DNA of 64,000 nucleotides from Pseudogymnoascus verrucosus. Taxonomy: Eukaryota. Position numbers and translations under genes: made by a program. Positions 58,575 to 64,000 of this stretch are shown one piece after another (position 1 is the stretch's first letter; every line of letters begins with the position of its first letter). Location of the stretch: NCBI GenBank assembly GCA_001662655.1, contig KV460266.1, one strand, 5' to 3'. Under the pieces are notes generated by a model that saw only the letters and a program-made list of their open reading frames with translations, did no database searches and had not been told where the DNA came from.

Positions 58575-60219
58575 ATGAAGCTCTCAAAGGATGAACTACT
58601 GGCAGATATCGAGCAGCAGCGATCAACGAAGAAACGTCCACCAAAAGTTGCCCCTCCAACAAAGAGAGGATACACTTCTATCCTCTCGCTATGGCAACAC
58701 TTTGCATTGCGTATTGACCAGCCAGCGCCGGTCCCAAGCGCAGGTTGCATGAAGAGCTTCTTCAAAATGTTAGCAATCGAGCATAAAGGGATGCTAGGCC
58801 CACATCTCTCCCTCAACACCTTATGCCCATACGTTACACGCCTTGCAACAGCGTACAAGCATGAACACGATATTGAGATTCCACAGAGGGTAGTCAAGGA
58901 AGTGAAAGATGTAAGATGATACCTGTTGTTGTCCTTATATAGTAGCAAAGAAGCTAATACAAGGATAGTGGATTAAGTCAGACTTGAAAGTTTTGCTCGC
59001 TCTCAGTAGCAAGGCCCGCCCGAAGCCAATGGCGGACTCGCAAGATCTCGAAGTGCTTATTCGTTACTTGTGGGTACAGGACAAGCACAGTTACCGAAAC
59101 CAACTCGACCGCGTTAAGCTGCAGTTCTTTCTTCTATGCCTTGCATACACTGTAGCCCGGCCAGGTGCGGTCGTCGTATCAGATTCATATCGAAACAGCA
59201 ATGAAGCTATAACTTACAGAGTTAGTATATATCTAGCGTTTACTTCATGCGTTTGCTAACTCATTTGAGGATTTGAAATTCCACCTCACTCAGGATGTCG
59301 AAGGCGGTCCACCTCAGATGAGCCTCACAATTACCTTCAAACTTATGAAGGGGGACAGAGATGAGGAGGATGAATTGTAGGTATCTATAGACCATAGGCT
59401 ATCTTAACGGAGCTGACATAGCTTAGTGTGACAATAACGCTCTGGGAGGACCGGGTCTATCCACACTTATGCCCAATTATGCCATTTCTTACCTTAGCAT
59501 ACGAACACGACGCATTTGATATTAAGCCAGAAGAGCTTTTTTGCGCTACGTTAGATCGTAGCGTTGTTGAAGTCCCTCTTAAAGATGAGGTCTTAGATAT
59601 GCCCCTTTTTCGAGCAGCGGACAGGACGGCTGCATGGACATACGCTGCTTCTTACCGCGCCTTGACAGAGCTTGCATACCGTGCAGGATATAGATGCCAA
59701 GTAACTTCATACGCTATTAGGCGCGGAGCTGCAAATATTCTAGAAAGTATGTAATTTGACACCGAGGCCGGAACGTACGCTAACCTTGTCGCAGAGTCCG
59801 CAACATGGGCAGAAACAGGCATCTTGATGGGTCATAAGAATCCCAAGGTGTTGCAAGCACGCTATGTCAACAAACATGTCGGTGTTGACTTACAAAGCCT
59901 GTTCCATAAAAGAACTGCAAAGACTGATCGTCTACGGCCGTTGCGCAGCTTAGCTGCTGAACACTTCCCAGGCGCACCATGCGACCTCCGCGGTACGGAC
60001 CTGCATCAGAAGCTCAGGGAACACCCTAAATACATTGAGCTTCGCCAGGAATGGCAGGACCTTAAGCAGAGCGCGGCAAGCGCGGCCCTTGTCAAAGCTG
60101 CGAAAACAAAGATGGATGTGGAATTAGCACGTCTTAGAAGAGTTGAGGCAAAGAAGCTTAGCAAAAAGCGTATTCCCCTCCGTGCCTCCGTAGCCCTCTG
60201 CGTCTCAAATTCCTGCTAG
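58575..60219 (+). CDS. DUF3435 tyrosine recombinase (Starship captain), 5 exons, ~479 aa
   Basis: Exons 58575-58910, 58969-59220, 59270-59376, 59427-59746 and 59795-60219 splice in frame. Motifs ARPG (R), MKG (K), LCPI..FL.LA..D.AF, YAIRRG, MGH and ARY (nucleophile Y). Confidence 0.9.
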
Positions 60220-60830
60220 CAAGTGCAGCTGAGTTGAGCCTGATTGTCACCTTCCGAAGCTTCTCTGCTTCCTGGACCTTTGTCTTTGGCTTGTTCTTCC
60301 ACTCCATCTTAAACCAACCTTGTTCCGCTGCCTCTGTTGCTGTGAGTGGGAGGCAACTAGTTGTAGTGGCGGTCATCCTCCTAATCCAGTTGCCAGTGAG
60401 CTTGATACAGATTCCGTCGCCTTTATTTCCATCATAAGGGGTCCGGTTTATATAATTTCGTTGTGTTGACCCTCTCATCCTTCTGTTTGATATTTGTGTT
60501 GCAGTCATAGATGAAAATGTCTTTCCCTTTTGCAAACTCTGTTGATGGTCAAATGGCAATGGCCCATACAGGATTATCATGTGCATCACCTAGATGGAAT
60601 CCTGGGTTGGCAAACCAATGGAACACTGGGAAAGAAACCCATGGCATGGCATGACTGAGTCTTCCCCTGGAGGTTTGACTATCTTCTCTCGTAGCGCTTC
60701 TGCGAAAGTGGATAGGTCTTTGGTGTCGTGGAAGTGTTGCCAGTTAGCGCGTGCCGCTACAGTAGTGAAGGCAATGATGGAAGGTGCCAGCGGTCATAGA
60801 TAATCTTCCTATGGTGGGTTTTGGCATCAA
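60158..60830 (-). pseudogene. Frameshifted remnant of an unknown gene overlapping the captain 3' end
   Basis: Protein-like segments in different frames (DNPVWAIAI*PSTEFAKGKDIFIYDCN; ORF 60158-60589) with stops. Confidence 0.35.
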
Positions 60831-60896
60831 AGACAGTGCTGTCTTCTGTAAGACCCTCTGGAGTTTGCGGAATTGCAGGGCTAGGCGGCACGCAGC

Positions 60897-60943
60897 GGCT
60901 CAACTCACGGATAGCTGCATAGCAGTTATCCGTGAGTTGAGCC
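60897..60943. repeat. 47-bp near-perfect palindrome
   Basis: GGCTCAACTCACGGATAGCTGC-ATA-GCAGTTATCCGTGAGTTGAGCC: 22-bp stem with one G-T pair. Confidence 0.9.
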
Positions 60944-61128
60944 TCGTCCTTTGAAAGAGTTGGCGTTTTTGGAAAGTGGAAATAACTTTTTATCCTGGTG
61001 ATTAAACTCGCTCAAATTTAGGTGTGGATTTAGGTGATGCATAACTACGGATACAGCCCCTCAAACTCTGTGTAAGTTGCGGTTATCAAAATTTATTTGA
61101 GTTGCTAAAATTGGCTGCTACTATAGTA

Positions 61129-61848
61129 TCATTTCTCAAAATTACTCTTTGCAATATCACGCTTAGTTGCCCCTCTCGCCGTGCAAATCTTGGCAACATG
61201 AGTCTCGTTCTTCCGCATCAGGCGACGGTATTTGAGAGGTTGCCCAACCATGGACAGTTCCTCATGAAAGCTGTTCTCCAAATAGGTTGTATATAGATTG
61301 CCCGAGGCCAAGGGTCCCCATGGCTGCTGCGTGGTGTGATTGCTGAAAGGACCGTATCCATAACCGCCTTCCTCGCCGATGTTATGGATATCTCCCGTCG
61401 ACGTTTCATTCCCAAACGGACCCACCATATTGTTATCAGTGTATACCTGCCGCTTCGTATTCGTCGTGTCAGCACCCATATTTTGGTCTAAATCCATTGG
61501 CATGCCGGAGCCGACATTGTTGTTGTCGGCAGCATTCTTCGCCGCCAGCAAAGACTCTAGCTCTTGAACCCGCTGCTCAAGTTTTTCGATATGTTCCTTA
61601 GTCCGTTGCCGATGCACACGTTGGGCATCTCGATCGTTCTTTCGTTTGCGGTCACGCTGAGCGGAGGAGAGATCCGCAACAAAGCGGGCTGCAGAGTGTT
61701 TTATCAGCGGCATATCTTTAGTATTAAAGATTGAATATATACCACGATGCCTCGCCTGAACATTATATTGATTCTGATGCGTGCCAGCCGCATCCGCCTT
61801 CCGCTGGGACCTCCTGTCGCCATTCTGAGTTGATAGCTGTGTAGACAT
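61129..61848 (-). CDS. bZIP transcription-factor-like protein
   Basis: QRDRKRKNDRDAQRVHRQRTKEHIEKLEQRVQELE basic region plus zipper. Confidence 0.8.
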   Translation of the reverse strand: MSTQLSTQNGDRRSQRKADAAGTHQNQYNVQARHRGIYSIFNTKDMPLIKHSAARFVADLSSAQRDRKRKNDRDAQRVHRQRTKEHIEKLEQRVQELESLLAAKNAADNNNVGSGMPMDLDQNMGADTTNTKRQVYTDNNMVGPFGNETSTGDIHNIGEEGGYGYGPFSNHTTQQPWGPLASGNLYTTYLENSFHEELSMVGQPLKYRRLMRKNETHVAKICTARGATKRDIAKSNFEK

Positions 61849-62379
61849 AGTTTAAGGTGAAGGTCTTGAGTTGTAACTGTGAGGATGCTAGTTTTCTTGT
61901 GGGAAATCGAGTCGATGTAATGCTAACGTTTAATGGGGATGGTGGGAATGGTACTTTTTACTGAAAAGAAGCGTCACATTGGGTAGGATATTGACAGTGT
62001 TTATACTGCGTGACCTTCGGCAAATCCCGACATTAATGCTGTGTTACTTATCAAACGAGCATTTTCAATTCCATCAATTCTGAGGGAGGAGTGGGTGGTA
62101 GAGGCAGTGATATTTAGCCAACGGTCAAGGTCACGAGCAGTATCAAGAGCTCTTGTTTTCAGATGGTTCCATGTCCAACAGCATGATGTCCAACAGCATG
62201 ATGCATAATGTAATATTGTAGTGGCTATTTGCGCTAATTGTCAATTCCGTCTTTGTCGTTCTCACGCCCTTGGGTTCCTTTGCATAGTTGGCAATGAGCT
62301 GGCGGCACGCTCTAATTTGCAAACTTCCCGAAGTTCATATACAAAGCTTCTCCATAAATGACTCCGAAGAATTATTCAG

Positions 62380-63913
62380 TCAGTCCGAGATCTTCGACGC
62401 CTCTAAATCTAATGAACTAACACCACAGCTGTTCAGGTATGCATTGATGTTTCTTAAATCGTCCTGAATTTCATTTGAGAGCCCTTTAGCATCCTCAAAA
62501 CCTCGTATAGCTTTGCGGACAGCTTTGTGAGAGTCCTTGCATGTATGTTGTGAGGTTTCGCCATCCTAAACGTAAAATCAGCGGTACGCCCTCGTGCCTC
62601 CCTCAGCATGCCTTACCTTGATTCTAGAATCAAAAACTATCAAAGCTGTACAAGCAAAGACGGCTTGCTTTATCCTTTCTTCAACCCTGTTCTCCTCTGA
62701 ATCGGAGAGAAATTTCTGGGGAGCAGAATGAGGCTGCGAATCACCGCAAATGCATAAACGGTAACCAATTTCCCGTAGTCTTTCCTTGAGAAATTCACCA
62801 GTTGCAAACTAGACGGGTCATTGTCAGCTATATTTTGTTAGTTAGGGGTACAAGAAGAAACACTGACAAACATGTATTGCCAATCAGTAGTGATCTTTTC
62901 CTTGGTTCTCCTGCCGTTTGATATAGAATTCCAATTTTCTGTCAATTGGCCAAAGACACAGCCTTTCTCAATCTCGGAACCTTGCCCAAAAGCAAATTTG
63001 TAAAACGCCTCCCATGGGGGTGACAGAATCTTCATTTTGTTAGCTTGAAATAGCCATGCGACGCGGCATAGCAGTTCGTGATGTTTAGGAGGCATCTGGC
63101 CATGGACCTTTTTGAAAGCACCTTGCACAGCCTCATCTTTCATTCCCGCGCATAGTCGTGCACCCCATAACCTTTGCAGTATGTCAAGACTTTGTCTAGA
63201 GTAAATCGCACTCGGAATTTGAGTCATGGATCTAGGTTCCTTGCGGGGTGGGGGAGGAGACAAGCCCTCTTTCTCAGCCGTTTCGTCAGGCGTAGATACG
63301 GGTTGAAGGTTACTATCATTCCTATATTGTATAAGCAGGGGAAATGGCAAAGGAGCTGATTAACATACACTATATTCACCATCCTATTTGTCTCGGTTGT
63401 TTCCTCCACGTCTGAAGCAAGCCCATCATCTAATGTCGCATTAGAGTCTCTCAGCCTTGAATTTTGGACTTTAGTAACAGTGATATCTTCACTGTCAATT
63501 TGCCCATAGCTGCTGCCAAATAGCGTTTCCTCCAGACGTATCCTAACACAGTAAGTGCCAGGATTTGTAATAGTCAGAGTAAAGCAAAACTTCATCTTGA
63601 TGGGTGAGACACGTTGCCCAGTCTCAACTGTGTTTCCGTCAAGCTTGCCCTCACCGGTGTAGCTAAGTAGTGTTGCTATGGCGCGGAGATCTCGGCGGTC
63701 CAAACCATAGCAACCCAATTCAACTACGATTGGTAGAGCAACACCAGCCTGGACTGTTTTTGGAATCGAAACGAGAAGTCCAACGTCGGAGAGAACGTCG
63801 GAGGCAACTTTGGAGGCAGCGGATGATGGCATATCATTAGTGGTGTCATTGCGGCCAGGCGAGTCACGACGCAGCATGCGCTGAAGTTCTGTTGCGGGTG
63901 TCGAGTCGGCCAT
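62380..63913 (-). CDS. Multi-exon protein with an N-terminal velvet-like beta-sandwich domain
   Basis: P..VQAG..LP.VV...AIATLL...LDG...FCFTLTITNPGTYCVRIRL...IDSEDITV resembles velvet-like domains. Downstream exons inferred from GT/AG sites; 3' end approximate. Confidence 0.5.
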
Positions 63914-64000
63914 GGCAATAGGGAATAATTAGGCAAGGCAAAGAAGAGCAGCGGTAAAATTTAGCCAGTGGTTCGGGTAAGTGTGTGAGGCGGCTTTGTG

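Larger units (their letters stand above)
1..64000. mobile_element. Starship giant-transposon region (probably several nested or adjacent elements; boundaries not resolved)
   Basis: DUF3435 captain(s), DUF3723, FRE, PLP, Myb/SANT and NLR-like genes co-occur with decayed paralogs, and no core housekeeping genes were recognised. Confidence 0.8.

Noticed and set aside
1..64000. tRNA, rRNA, telomeric repeats, LTR/LINE ORFs; species assignment
   Set aside because: None recognised by eye, and the taxon cannot be fixed below filamentous ascomycete without a search.

Overview
Filamentous-ascomycete (Pezizomycotina-type) genomic DNA: genes have GT..CTAAC..AG introns and RIP-like CAG/TGG->TAG stops, and there are two N gaps. 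The window reads as a Starship giant-transposon region, or several nested or adjacent ones. It holds a spliced DUF3435 tyrosine recombinase ('captain') with its catalytic motifs present (58575-60219) and at least two decayed captain copies (4769-6194, 51233-51571). The typical Starship auxiliary genes are here too: ferric-reductase-like, DUF3723, patatin-like phospholipase, Myb/SANT-like and an ankyrin/NLR-like gene. Cargo is rich in ubiquitin-system genes (five F-box-like, 2EXR, RING) and DNA-binding genes (MADS, 2x Myb, bZIP, velvet-like). It also includes Est1-like, ABHD12-like, histidine phosphatase and M4 protease genes. The least explained signal is non-coding. A structured ~110-bp dispersed element lies ~460-470 bp upstream of both captains in the same orientation and in front of three cargo genes. 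A second ~200-bp family brackets single genes and forms a perfect 33-bp hairpin. A shared GGCCAGAG core occurs in at least 13 intergenic copies, and there are several palindrome-based tandem arrays. Together these suggest a cassette-like or regulon-like internal architecture (inference). Element boundaries and target-site duplications could not be identified. All family assignments are by motif recognition, not database search.
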